From Phoronis australis (taxonomy: Eukaryota > Animalia > Phoronida), in contig NMRA01000053.1 of NCBI GenBank assembly GCA_002633005.1, positions 253,563 through 317,562 of the forward strand: DNA of 64,000 nt, in the 5' to 3' direction. Both the position numbers and the translations under genes were made by a program. The notes below the pieces were generated by a model that saw nothing but the letters and a program-made list of their open reading frames with translations, was not told the origin of the DNA and did not search any database. Below, one piece after another: positions 11,791 to 25,151 of the stretch (the first letter of the stretch is position 1; every line of letters starts with the position of its first letter).

Positions 11791-14399
11791 GTAAGTACTG
11801 TAGCCTACTGCATTGTAACTCTTTCTGAGAAACGTCGTGTTTGTCACAATGGAAGGCCGCAAAGAGATAGATTCCCAGTCTATCGCCTCAAACTCAAAGC
11901 CCGGTTTGGCGCCTTTCTCTGGACGTCCAGATGGCCAGTACTGTGCCCACCACTGTCTATCCATTATAATATATGTGATGGTGTTAAGTACCACATGAAA
12001 TTCATGTCCGAATCTGCGTCACCTGCATAACCGACCTGCAATCGATGTCATCAACCTGTACCAAGTGCACGCACCAGACTGTTTTAATTCTGGGTCAGAA
12101 ATATTCAGTTTACTGTTAGACGTGGTTTTACAGTTTTGATGTAGTTTTCGGATGCAAGCCAGTTACATGTGGGTTAAATGCGTAATGAAATTCTTAGGCC
12201 TTTAACTAACATGCAGGGTAATGAGCAAAACAAATTTTGGCCCACTGTAAATTTCAGAGCTTTAGCAAGTTTCAAAATAAATTACTTTCTATGGTCACAC
12301 TACACAGTTATGCTAGTCAAAAAAGTAAATTACTGTGTTACAGAGGCCAATCAACCCATAGGCAGTTGGAAATACGTATTGAATTCAAGAAATTAACTAT
12401 TTGGCATGTCTCCCCGGTAATTAGTTGTTGGGAATTTTTATCATGCATGTTTTGCTGGGTTATGAAATCAGTCAACATGTTTTTACAATTTCAGATTTGT
12501 AATTTCCTTTTGAAAGTGTATGTGAGTTAAGTTTTTGTTGTGGTGAGTCCTTTTGATCACACCTGAGTGAAAGATGTGTTTACAGAACAATGTCAAATAA
12601 AGTTGATAATATGAGAAACAAAGTAATGACTTGATTGGTTGCTTGTGCTGACATATACGGGGTACTTCCTCTTCCTGTAATTAAAGACACTTAAGTGTTT
12701 TGAAAATGTGATTTTTGCGAGGTGTTAATACTAATAAAAGAGACAAGCGTTGGGATTAGTTTATGTTTGATGTGACTTATCTCAAATCCATTGTTAGTAA
12801 ATGAACACTGATGCCAAAAGGAATTGTTCAGGAAGCATTTTGTAGCCTTAGTCAGCTTGACAGTGATGTTTTGCCTAAGTTGTGACAACCAAATATCATC
12901 GCGGTAAATTGTCACCAACTTTAAACGTAACATGGTGAACATGCGATATCCTATTTTTTCATTTTTTCACAAAAGACATAGAACCAAATAAAGGCTTTAT
13001 CATTTCAATCTTTATGCCTTAGCTATCAGCAGACAAAGATGTTAAAATTAGAAATGATGGGAATCTGCATCAATGTTGGAAACTCTGGAAAAATGAAAAG
13101 AAAAGACTGCTTGTTATCTGCTCATATTTTTTTAATACAGTTGTCAAGATAGTATTCTGGCAATAGTGTCACGCTTTTAATTAGTTTTGTTTGAAAGAAA
13201 GACTTGCCTAAGGATTGCAATTTTGTAACAAACCACTAATACGTAATCGGTAGTTCAGCCCTTGATATCTAAATGTACATATTTTGTTATGAGCTTCATG
13301 GAATCTTATCAACAATGTCAAACTATGTGTTGCCTTATGATAACCTCCTAGAATCCAATCAAGTAAAAAATCAACTCATAGTTTTTTAACATTGACGTTG
13401 CTATGTAAGGCTGTACAACCGTTTATCTAGATATGTTTTTTAGCCAGCAGTTTGGGCTGCTGTGAAGGTGAACAATAGGGAGACATTTCAGGGAGTTTAA
13501 AATTTCAATTTACTCACTCCTGTCATCAATTAAATTAATTTTTAAGAAAAGGGAGTCATTCTTTTTCACGAGTGGTGGTTATTGATATAAAGTTCTTAGA
13601 CCATGTGTAGTGGGTGTGATAATTCAGTTCATGATGATTTAAATATTCTACAATGTTGTGGAGTATTTACCAAAAAGGTGACAAGCAACTGTTGACGTCA
13701 TACTCAAAGCCTTTTCATACTTCAAGTCAAATTCGCCACCAGAGCTTTGTTGACATAAACAGTGAAGTTAACTTGTGCTTTCCCATTAGTTTCAGTTCTT
13801 AACCAACCTGAAAGTTATTGCCTAGTGGTGGCTGGATCAGTAATTTGAAGTTATCGCACCTTTGGGTGTGATTTTAAACTTAGAAGTTTTAATTTTATTT
13901 ACCTTTCAATTTTTAACTATGAATAATCACTTTTTAGAACATACTGTAGTTAGGAATGTCCTCAGTTTCTCAAAAACATTGCCTATGTGCTGATGGTATG
14001 GAATTTAAAAGTGATGAAGTGTATCGATTTGGATATATTTTTGTGAAAAAATGGAAAGTCTCATAGTTTGTCTAACATTTTGTGTCCTAAATTGATGTAA
14101 TTTTTGCGTAATATAGTAGTGTATGATGTTTTGACATATGCCTGAAGGTAGCATTGTAAACCAGGAAGTTGTTACCAAACATATAAGGCTAGTTTCACAA
14201 ACATTGTGCGCTACATGTGATTTCCCCTACCAGCTGCCATGAATGCTTCTTATTGGTTGGAATTACAATAGGCTCTTATGACAGTACTCAGCCTTTTGTG
14301 ACTGGCTTCTTTTGTTTGGGGATAGAGATGGGTGAGATGTGGCAGAGATGGGTGTCCGTGGTAGCCACTGCCGGCTTATGTCAACATTCTTAGTTGGCA

Positions 14400-17300
14400 G
14401 TAAAAAAAAAACAAAATATTTGAATTTTTAAAAATTGAATGGAACATTAGGAGTGTACATACCAAATTTCAGACAGATCCGTCCAGAGACAGCAAAGCTA
14501 TTGTTTGTCAAAGCAAAAATTTGAAAAATGGCCACCACAGCGCCATCTTGCGTTCAATTTCAACCCAAAGCATTAGGCTTCCAGGCATTTACAAAGTGCT
14601 TGTTGTTTGTAAGTTTCATGCTTGTCAGATAAGAAATGCGACTTGCAGTGTGCGAAGCAAATTTAATGAAAAAAACAACAAACTTAAGAAATTTCATTTG
14701 TCCAAGTAAGGAACGGAAAAATGTACGGTTGTAACATACTTCGCCAAGTAAAAAATGTGACAAAGCAACAACAAACTTGGGGAAATTTATTTGATCAAGT
14801 ACAAACTTGGATGGATATCATCCATCTTGTCATATTTCCTGATGACTACCTTGTAACTCTGTAGTAGAACTATGTTGACATTTGGAGACAAATACATGGT
14901 AATTTTGATATAAAATGTTGTGACAAGTGCACAGCAGCTGTAAACAAGATGTGGCAGATGCCTGATAAATGTGCATCGTTGTGGGTAAATGCAGAAATTG
15001 ACGGGAAATGTTGAATTTGACATGGGACTATTTTTACTTGGCGAAATTCTTCAAATTCCGCCAAGTATGTTGCTCTGAGGTCAATTTTTTTTGTTTGCAC
15101 TTTTCAGGTCGCAATTTTCGTCCGATCCACACGAAATTTATACTCAGTGTGTAGATCCGAAAGTGGTGGAAGCCTGTTTTGGTCATGATCAGATACGAGA
15201 TGGCAGACATGGCGGTCATTTTGTTTCTGATTTCAGATTCAAATGCTCATAGAGGCCTCAATTTTTGACATACAAGGCTGAAAATTATTATGGTTACCAT
15301 ATTCGCCCTAATAACCGCCCAGGGCGCTTAGAAAAATTCGTTTCAGGGGGCGCTTGAGGCGGTTGAAACCCGGTCTCCGAAACAGGCGAAATTGAAAGCT
15401 AAGATTCATCTTATTTACGCTCTGTGTATTTATAACCTATGACAGACTTTCCACAAAATTGTGGTGCATTGCTATCAAACTTTGCTGTTAAATTACGATC
15501 ATTTTACAGAAAATTTTGCATAAATCCCAGGGCGAAAACTCGCCGACTGCCTGCCTCGCAGTCGTCGTTATGGCTACTTGAATGCTTGAATAAAAATACA
15601 GCTTCAACTCAAGCAAGTTACCTGATAGTCCTCCTTAAGTTTTGCAGATGGTGGCCCTAAGATTTTTAAGTTTCCGTGGAGTCGGGATTAAGGTCAGGTT
15701 AAGTCCAAATCTGTGCTAGATCGTGCCGACTATGATCATAGGCCTACCCGGTAACACGAGAAAAAAATCTGTGGATATGTTGCTGTCACATGGCGTTTGT
15801 TTTGAAGTTCGTTTTCGTGTGTGAGTAAGTCAGCGCGTGCGGGTCACCAGAGCTCATTTGCCACAGTAAACGCAATCTGACGAGCTAGATGTTCATTGTA
15901 TCCTAAAGAAATTAGCACACGTCAAGCAGAAAGCAGAACGTGTTTCATTCAGAACTTTCTGGTCTTGTCTGCTAAAAAACGTTCAACAATTGTCTCAGGA
16001 AGTCCCATAGTAGTCACCGTGTGCTGGGCTGGATGCGTACGTTACGTGACTGACAGTTATTTTTCGGGTGTGAGGGTGTGTAACATTCACGGTCAGTGGT
16101 CATTTTATCAGATATTTGGCTTTAAAAACACCAATTATGATTAATCAAACAATCCCTCTTAAAAATAATGCAAAATTTATTATGGTAGTAGAAAATGTCG
16201 GAAATTATTGCCAATATTTATTTCTTGCCGGTGCTATACTACCTGTTTCATGAATGGATAGTTCCCAAGTAATGCCTTTGATGACAGCCGGTACATGTAT
16301 GTAGGGCGCGCTTCCTGGCCACGTGCCTTTAACACTGGTCGAGTTGGTTATTAGTCTTCGATCTGCAGTTTTCACGTGTGCGAAGAAATTTGTATTCCTG
16401 TTGAGGGTGGGAAATATCTACAATACAATTCTGTTGATAATTACGGTGCATCTGTTCTGAAAGGCCAAACCACATTCCTTGCAAGATCAGCAAAACCTTT
16501 GCGTTCTTTTTGGGACACGGCGGAAGTTTGAAGTATATAGTCATGGCTGAATACCGACATAGCGGCGAGGCTCGTGGTCTACAAATTCCGCGCACAATGA
16601 TTTTTTTCAGGTCTGTCGGATATTATTGATAAATTGAAGACGTTACGATACAATTTTATGACTGTAGGGAAGGCATTTTTCGCACGTACACGTTCATGGA
16701 CTGGGCGCTTATTTCAGCAAAGTCTGAAAACGCGTGGAAGCGCTATAGGGGCATGGGCGGTTATTAGGCAAAATACGGTATTATAACTGAGAGGTACTAC
16801 AACTGTGCTGTAAATCATCAACTTCCAGTTAAAGATGGCGGAAAAATGGGCAATGGCGCATATGCACCTCGGTTTCTACCCAAAAAGTTTTTCTCCTGTA
16901 GAGGGCGCATTGGCAAACAAATCACTTTCCAACTTGTAACGTGCTCGTTTCTTGTGGTTGGCTATTATTAAATTTTGATTAACTGGAAGTTGCTTTCAAG
17001 AAGGCGGCTCTGGCGCATTTTTACCCATTTTCGATCGTTCTGCAGTTGCATTTTGAACGTGAAGAGCAAATGACGTGAATTTTTGCATGTGTATTCCTTG
17101 AAGTGTGCTCTTTCAAAAGTTCTGCGGCAACGGTTTTCTCAGTCATACCGTTTTTGAATTATTTGACTTTTAATTTAAAAAAATTGCAAATTTTAAAATT
17201 TTTCGAAAAATTTTACGAATTTTATAAAACTATGGCAGTAGATAGAGTTTTGAACGTACTTTCAAAAGTTGATTTTTATTTTTCGCTAGGATGCCTAGTT

Positions 17301-17535
17301 TTTGAGTTATTTGAGATTTTCTGAAAACGCTGTTCCTTTGTTGACCGACTTTGGTGGACTATTGTTGGTGTACTTTCTATTGAACAAGACTGTAGCCTAT
17401 TAATTACTGACTTGCAACATCTTGGTTGGTCATATGAATCTGATTGTCATGTTTATCATCGTCATCGTCATCCTCTCCATCATCGTTTTTTCAGTTAATT
17501 TCACCAAGTGTCGCTCCTCCGAGCGCTCTCGTTGT
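14400..17535. repeat. Older Helitron/HINE-like repeat split by the DNA element at 15297-16778
   Basis: Typical core motifs (aaatttcagacagatcc, cgccatcttg), (atcgtc)n microsatellite at ~17455-17485 and a terminal hairpin gctcctccgagc near 17515; boundaries approximate. Confidence 0.35.
15297..16778 (+). mobile_element. Non-autonomous Tc1/mariner/pogo-type DNA element, family A (1.48 kb), complete copy
   Basis: TA TSD on both sides; TIR cc(a/g)tatt..cctaataaccgccc; homologous copies at 34416-35776 and 62094-63517. Confidence 0.85.
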
Positions 17536-20500
17536 GTGTTTGTTTGTTTTTTTCCGGAAAGGGAAGATCCCTATGGGTGTTGTATAATTATGAGTGCCCG
17601 GGGATGTGAAACGGTTTTACGCAATCAATTTAAAAGGCTTTGTCCTCTATTTTTGCGTGTAAAAATTTCAGTAGACTTCAACTTTTGTTCTCGGAAACAA
17701 TGGGATACTAGCGGCTCCATTTATTTGAACTACTCTATTTATCCAGGCTTAATACTTAAGGCCCATAATTGGATGCTCAACATGCAGAATTCCGCCCACT
17801 CCCCAAGTATACGCTCGTGACTTTCAGTTACCTGAATTTTATTGTGTGAATCTTTTTGTGAAGGCCACGCAATAACTGATGCAGAATTTTCTGTCAGAAA
17901 ACGGTCATATTCTCTTTTCCCGTGACTTAACAACGAGTCTGGTAAAATCTCTGTAATTTATGACACACTTTAGCCGATAAGTGAAATTTTATTTTTTCAA
18001 TTTTTCATGCTACATACTCAGTACCAAATTAAATGCATTTACATGTTCAAGGTTTGTACAACTACCATCAGACAAAGTTTTGAAAAATTGAGGACATTCA
18101 TGATAGAGCTAGAAGCACTTGGTAAATTGAAAAAGGTAATTTTTTGCAATTATTTTTGTTAGAAATTGGTGAGATTTTATGGTAAATATGTTTTCATGCA
18201 TAATTACATCTATGTTGTATTTTATTTTATTTCCTTTATTTTAATTGCGTGCAGTAGTGGCTGACAATCGGTACCTTAGTTGTTCAATTGAGTAAATGGA
18301 TAGTTCAGCCCACACCTTGAATCAAACATCCACTTTTTGATCCAGGAGTTTATATCATTTTTGATACTCTGGGTGTTCACCCAGACAAATACAACACATC
18401 TCACTCTGGGTCGAGTTGAATTTCAAATTTCTTAGCGTACAATTAACCGATTAATGTTATCACATCACACAGTACTTCATAGCTGCAGGTATGTACTACT
18501 CAAGGGTGCCCTGTCTTCATCTAGAGAGGTCAGGACTGAGACTACTGATTCTCAAAAGTTACACACCAAGACCAAGGGTCTCCTAACATTCCTTTCTTGT
18601 ACACTTCATGCTGACACCAGCATTCTAACTGGGCATTTCAACCTCACATGTAGTTCTCTAAATAGCTATTGGTGCAAAATCAGTCTTGTATAAACATTTG
18701 TCTTTTGTGTTATTTAGGAATGCCCATCTTTAACAGGAGTAGTTAGTCATACTCACATATATCTGTGTTACATCAGGGTGGAGGAATGATTCATTGGTCG
18801 GACCTCTGAAGTACCACTCAGGGCTAATGAGGTCAAGCCAAAATCGAAAATTTCTAACTGGAATGATAACCCCATTCAGGCAGCCAGTGAACTCTGTTTG
18901 GTTCATCGTTTATCTTGTGTAATTAGGAAGGCAACTCGGCTATTAAAAAATCAAAACAAAGGGTTCTAGTCTAAAAGAATTATTAAATCAATTGGTTCTC
19001 AAAGATGCTGCTCCGAGGGACTTCAATAAAACATTGGTGACAATTAAAGGTTAAAGGTGCAATAGAGCTTTGCCTTCTGTCTAAAACAATTTTCGGTTTG
19101 GGCCACGTCACCTCGTTAAAATCGGTCTCATCTTGTTCCTTAGCGGGCTGGTGATTTCTAGGCTCGGATGAGAGAAAAATTGTTAGTTGGATGTTGCTTC
19201 CAACCAAGGTGTCAGTCGCTTATCAGTTAGGTGTTGAAGCTGTATAGACATTATGAGCATCATAGGTGTTTTACTGCACATAATGGATCTCAATTCAAGC
19301 CAGGAATAAGGATTCATTACTTGCTCACTTTACTAGTGCTGGAAAAATTATTAGGACACAATGCCTCGTTTTAGCGTCAATTACAACCCAAATGTGAAAG
19401 CGCGTGTGTTCCAAAAATGCAGAGCCATCATAGTTTGGACTCTACACTTCATTTCCAAGCCTTATGGCGAGTCCATCGAAGTAGCGAAGATTGAACAAGT
19501 AGTGAAGAAAGCTGTTTTTTGACACAAGAACATGGTTTACTACAGGTTTGTTACCCAACCTCAAAATATTGCTATTTGGTCTTGAAAATCCAATAGGTTC
19601 AGTAAACACCAGCACAAGAGATCATCATGACTACTATATCCAGGTCTAGTTCTACCAGCCAGCCTAATTGACAGTATCAGCAGTGGATTGTTTCTCTTCC
19701 CTATGTTCCTGTGGTGCGTGGGTGTGTGTGTGTGCTTGTCATCTTTGTCAGGGACACTAGCATTGTCAGAGATACTGAACATTGTTCTGGAACACCAATT
19801 AGTGTGAGGTTTGAATGCTTTTTCAACAAACACTTTGAATGTTTTCATTGATTAACAGCAAAGAGATTCAACCCTAGTGGATCGGAATGGAACGATCCAG
19901 GTTGTGAAGTTTGAACCTTTGGTGTTTGGATTAAAAAACCTCACTGGAAATTAATACAAACATCCAAAAACTGGTTGTGTTCTATGCACGTTTTTTTCAA
20001 CAACGCTTAATAAAGGTCACTGTTGACTAATATAGGATTTAATAGACTCACTGGCTAAAGCATTCCAGGTGGTACGATCAGATTTCTGAGTTTGGTATAT
20101 ATTGTTGGCTATTGAAAAACAACATCTTTCAAATATTTTATTTCAGTTTTCTGTGAAACACTATGACTCCAGTACCCTTTGACCTTGATGTGATGTTTTG
20201 CTACATACCCTCATCAAGTTTAATGTAACAATGTAACCAATCGTGGAAAATATTGTTTTTGTTGTGACATGGTTTTGCATCTTGTGGCTGTTCATTGCCA
20301 ATTTTTCTTACAATTATAGTGAGCAATCATGACATGTTTTACGTGCTGTTGTGGTCACATTCTTAGAGTCACACCGTCTTCATTAATTGATATGTATTTC
20401 TATTATCATAATCATCATCATTATTATTGTTGTTTTTGTTATTGTTATTACTGCTGTATTTGTCAGGGTTAACTCCCAGGGGGTAAAAATTGAGAGCTGC

Positions 20501-22624
20501 ATGGGCTATTTACTAATAATGAAGTTTTTGAAAAATGGATTTTGATGTTTATCAGAATTGCTAGAGGCAGTTGTATTTGCAATAAATCCGACGAAGTACT
20601 GAGCCACTGCATGTGTTTTAGGAACTGTAGGTTTCACCAAGATATACACTATGGTATATAAACTAAGTCTGTGTGTTTAGTCATATATCTACAAAATTAA
20701 AACTATGGATTTTTATTTTGTAATGTAAGCATATACATTTTTTGAGAGTAGAACGTCTGTAGAATTCGAACTTTGATTTCTAACTAATCAATTGGGTCTC
20801 GTAACTATGTCAACTTGGTAAAATTTAGTAAAAAAGAAAAGTACAATAATAGCAAAACAACGGTATCAGTAGCATGACTTAATTTCATTTGATATAAATG
20901 CTCAAGATAAAATCTCAAATTGATGTTTAATTTTCTAAATTATCCTTTCATTTTCATTTTATCTATATCTTTGTTTCTTTTATCCTAAAAATCCTTCCCT
21001 CCTGTAAAAGTGTGGGGTTTAAAACCAATTGCCAACAGTTTATAAAGCATGGTGAGGTATCAAGGTATCTAAGTTTCGTATGAATCCAATCAGCCATTTC
21101 TGAGATATGATGTTCTGAAGTTATCCAAATTTCAACATTTTTCTGGACTCCTACATATATGTAACCTTAAGGGTACATCTGAAACCGAGCATGGGCACTG
21201 AAATGTGTAATTTGAAAAATGGGGGAATGAGGGTTTAGCTGAAGGTGGGCTTTAACTCACATGAATATACCGGTAATAATACATTTAAGTGATGAAACTC
21301 AGGAGTTATATAGCGCATGATGGAAACTACCATTGTGCAATGCAATTTACATAAATCGATGCATTCTGTTTCACATGGCATGATTATAACTGCTGAACAT
21401 TTGACATGAACTCAACCTTATACCCTGTTTCGGAAATGTCTCAACTTCATAGCCTAAATGTAGAAACCAGACGAAATGCCTCCGTTACTGTTTTTGAAAT
21501 AACGAAGTTCAGTCTTTGGTTGGTGAGGCAGTGTTGAAAGTGTGATCAATAAAAGCAACAGTTGGTGCCCTCATGATCAGTTCAGATTAAAATAATATCC
21601 AGTTTACCTTATCTGACACGTATGGTGTCTTCTCAAATCTATTGTTGTTATATCCTAGAGTTATGTTGTTTCATTGGACTTAAAGCCCTTGTAGAACGGG
21701 TAAAATAACTTTTAAGTGTGGACAATACATCTATTTATGTTTCTTAATTTATAGTCGATACTTACAGACATTAAGCCAATACATTTTTAAGTTATTTGTT
21801 GCCAAATCACCACACATGTTCGCGATTGTAGTTGGGAAAAGGTGGCGCTGTGCGGTTATCCAGATGTGTGGAAACTAGAGAATGATGCTTTTCCAATGCC
21901 CAATAGACATTAGCGCAAGTTTACAATTGTCATTTGTATATCAGCTCTACTTATAGTACTGATAATACTTCAGTAATTGTGCTACACGAACACTGCAGTT
22001 TCCAGAATTATAATTTTTTATCTTTCTTTTCAACACTGTAAATAGTCAAGGAGTATCCAATCATAAGACACTCAGCTGGTGTCATGGCACCTTGAACTTG
22101 GTTGGCCAGTAGATTTGTACAAGTCCTGCTGTCATCATGAGTTTTGTGTATCAGGAAATCTCATCTAAGGTACCATAATGGAGAGTAGAGCTATTGATTC
22201 AAGTGATTCAGACTTGTCTAAATTTAGAAGGGTAGTAAAGTTAGTACAGTCGAAAAGAGCGGATTGGCTAGTGAACCTAAGTTATTCTGCTTACGTAAGC
22301 GGAAATGCAAAAGGTTTAGTCCAGATTATTTTTCTCGACTGTCCTGAATTATCTCGCCACCTCATGCAGGCAATGTTTTTCCTACCGTTTCGCGCACTCT
22401 CGACATACATTTATATTACCTTCCAAATTTGCCATCCCTTGTCACCATCAGCCATGTTTACGACGAACAGTGGGTGGCTTTGTCAGCTAGTCTGAAGCAC
22501 ATACAGACGGGCATTCGCAATTTGAATTGTTTTAGGTGGCACTTGCATGTATTATCTGGTTTCTAAATACGGTATGCCTCACTGTGCTGTAGGTCATGGA
22601 AAACGCAAAGAAATCTAAATCAAT

Positions 22625-23100
22625 TCGACTTACTCAGAGATTAAAATGTTATGACTTCGTACGTTTGGGATTACTCTCTACAGTCTTTTGACGGGACCTT
22701 CAGGTATCACGTCCATAATCTTGTAGGATGATTGAAAAAAGGTATTTCATAGTCTCGGTGAAGGTATGGTATAAGTAGAATCAACTTACTCACAGGCTAA
22801 AATGTGAGTTCGTACGTTTCGGACTACTCTCTACAGTCCTTTGTCTACGACTGATTACGGGACGTCCAGGTATCATGTTCCAAGTTGAAGATTTTTCTGA
22901 CAGTCAGAGTCCGTGTGTCTTATGGGGGCAATTCCTAGAAAAGGCTTTTGTTTCATTGAGCTTGTGGCTTTAATGCAGTTGTCCTCGTTTCAAGCAATGT
23001 TGCTGTTTTATAGTTGGCTTATTATGACCTGTGCAAACAATAGACACTACAGATTAATATGCATAACCTTTTTAGATATTGATTTTCACTGCTCCCTTGA
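22625..23100 (-). mobile_element. Probable decayed Penelope-like element 3' end with tandem ~155 bp repeats and a hammerhead-like motif
   Basis: Direct repeats at ~22629-22709 and ~22784-22875; minus strand shows degenerate L-x-T-x-Y-P-x-G (resembling the PLE GIY-YIG C-terminal LxTxxPxGLN) followed by a minimal hammerhead-like fold at 22807-22852. Confidence 0.4.
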
Positions 23101-25151
23101 GCTTTTTGTTTAGCTAAGGCTATCTTATTTGCATGAGTCTTGGTACTTAAGTTGTTGTACCAAACATCAATAATTCTTTCTCACCTTTGAGGATTCGAGT
23201 AGGTCATAAAAATTCTCTAATTTGGGCATGTTTCTACAATTTAGAACGTGGAAGTTCATGCCTAAATTGAATTTTCTTGATTATGAAGATTAGGACATGG
23301 GCGATTTTGATATTTGTCTTATTTTTCAGATATCGGACACTGCGTTTTGTATCAACAAAGCACAGAAATAAACTTGACAATTCATTAAATCATCAAAATT
23401 GCTGCTGATGAAAATTTCCATGTGTTCTTGTAGTGTGTAACTTCAAGGTGAACGATCGTTTGTCATTCATTCTACCGGTAATTTTTTATTTTGAATGGTC
23501 AGTATTGTCTATTTCTAAAATTTGATAGAAGGTAAAACCTTGAGCAAAGTAATTAATTTTTTTCCCTGCCCCAAACTGGAGTATGTTTACCGCACTCCAT
23601 TGAAATCCCTACATATTTTCCTTGGATTGCTTGGCTTCTTTAGTGACATCACGGGATTCACTGCCTGGCGATTTAGACACCGGATGGCTTTGTTGGTTCA
23701 TACTTTTGATAGAACTTATCGTGGCTGCAGGTAACTCCATTACTTCAAATGATTTTTTCTTGGAGAGAACAAAATTTTTATTCAGCAAAGGAGTCTTGAT
23801 ATTCGGTAGTAAAATCTTGCTGTTTTGAGAGGAGTTACCCTTGAAGTTTAATTCGATGAGCTTTAGTTGTGCTTGAAAGAGATAATAAGATAACACTGAC
23901 ATGTGCTCTGTGTCAACTCCTCTAGAACAGTAAGGTGTGAGTGTAACAAAAATTGACAAAACAAACCGGTGGTCCTTGAGTCAGTGTGACTAGATCACAG
24001 CTCTCCCTGTTAATTATATCGCCACCAAAGGTTTCATTGGAGAATACATTATCAAATTAAGCATCGTTGCAGGAGTAAGGCACAATAGTATTGCTATTCA
24101 TGTATCCGATGAGTTGTTGGAGACAGCTGGCTGGTATTGGTATTTTTTACCAGATCAAAGTTTGGGTGAGTGCAGACCCCAGTTACAAAAACATATAGGG
24201 GAAGACCATGCTGTCTGTGTCATGTGTTCAGACCTATCTTGAATTTCATACCACAATTTCACCCAGACAGACATCATAGCCACGTGGTACACTATGGGAC
24301 AGTCAAAATTTCTGAGCAAAGCACTAGTCTTTGTTTGGTGGACTGCATGTGATTGCCAACACATTCACTGGCATTAAGATAGGAGTTGCCTAACCAAATG
24401 AGACATTTGTTGTCACCATAATGGCAGGTCCAGTTTATAGTCTTTAAAATCCTTAAGATTTCATCACTGCCGTTTTTTGCATTACTGTGTGTGCTATTTG
24501 GTAAAGGCTTATAATACAGATAGGTCTGAATTTGATCAGCGTTTGTCAAAATGCACTGAATTGTCAAATTCTAATAGTTAATTTGCAGATTGACTTCACT
24601 GCTTCATGATCTATAACACAGATTTTCCTGAATTCTAACACGCATCAAAATTCATTGGAACATCAACAAACAAGACTATATTTGCCTCAAATCATTTATG
24701 AATTAGAATCATTAATCAATTCACATAAATGCCATCCATGCCGAGTCAGCTCACACACTACAACCTAATAGAAAAACTTAAGGCACAGGTTTTGAAGTTT
24801 GCCTTTTCTTGTCACAAGGGATACAGTCACATTTACTATTGGTTCTTATTTTTGACCTTTGTAAATGACAGCATGACTAATCTTAACATTTATGTCCATG
24901 TTCATCAAATTGCCTTGACCGCCTTAACTGCTTACCTACAGCTTGCAATTAGCAATGACAGCTATTGTGCTTTACAAGTTATTATTTGAATACCATTGTG
25001 TTTGAAGTATTTGAACATGCTCATGTCAAGTGTTTTAGGAGGGTCATATGTGCACATGTTGACTCTGCTCTCAATAGTCTTTTGTATAGTACCTTGCAAT
25101 ATTTATTGTATTACCGTGTCTGAGTTGTTACTCTATAGCATATCTCTAAGG

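Noticed and set aside
18700-19560. Coding-like plus-strand stretches
   Set aside because: Short frames broken by stops, no recognisable domain and no consistent splice sites.
23330-23390. Apparent degenerate EGF exon start (tttcAG|DIGHC)
   Set aside because: The segment is the reverse complement of a repeat also present at ~32460-32610, and no further Cys pattern follows in frame.
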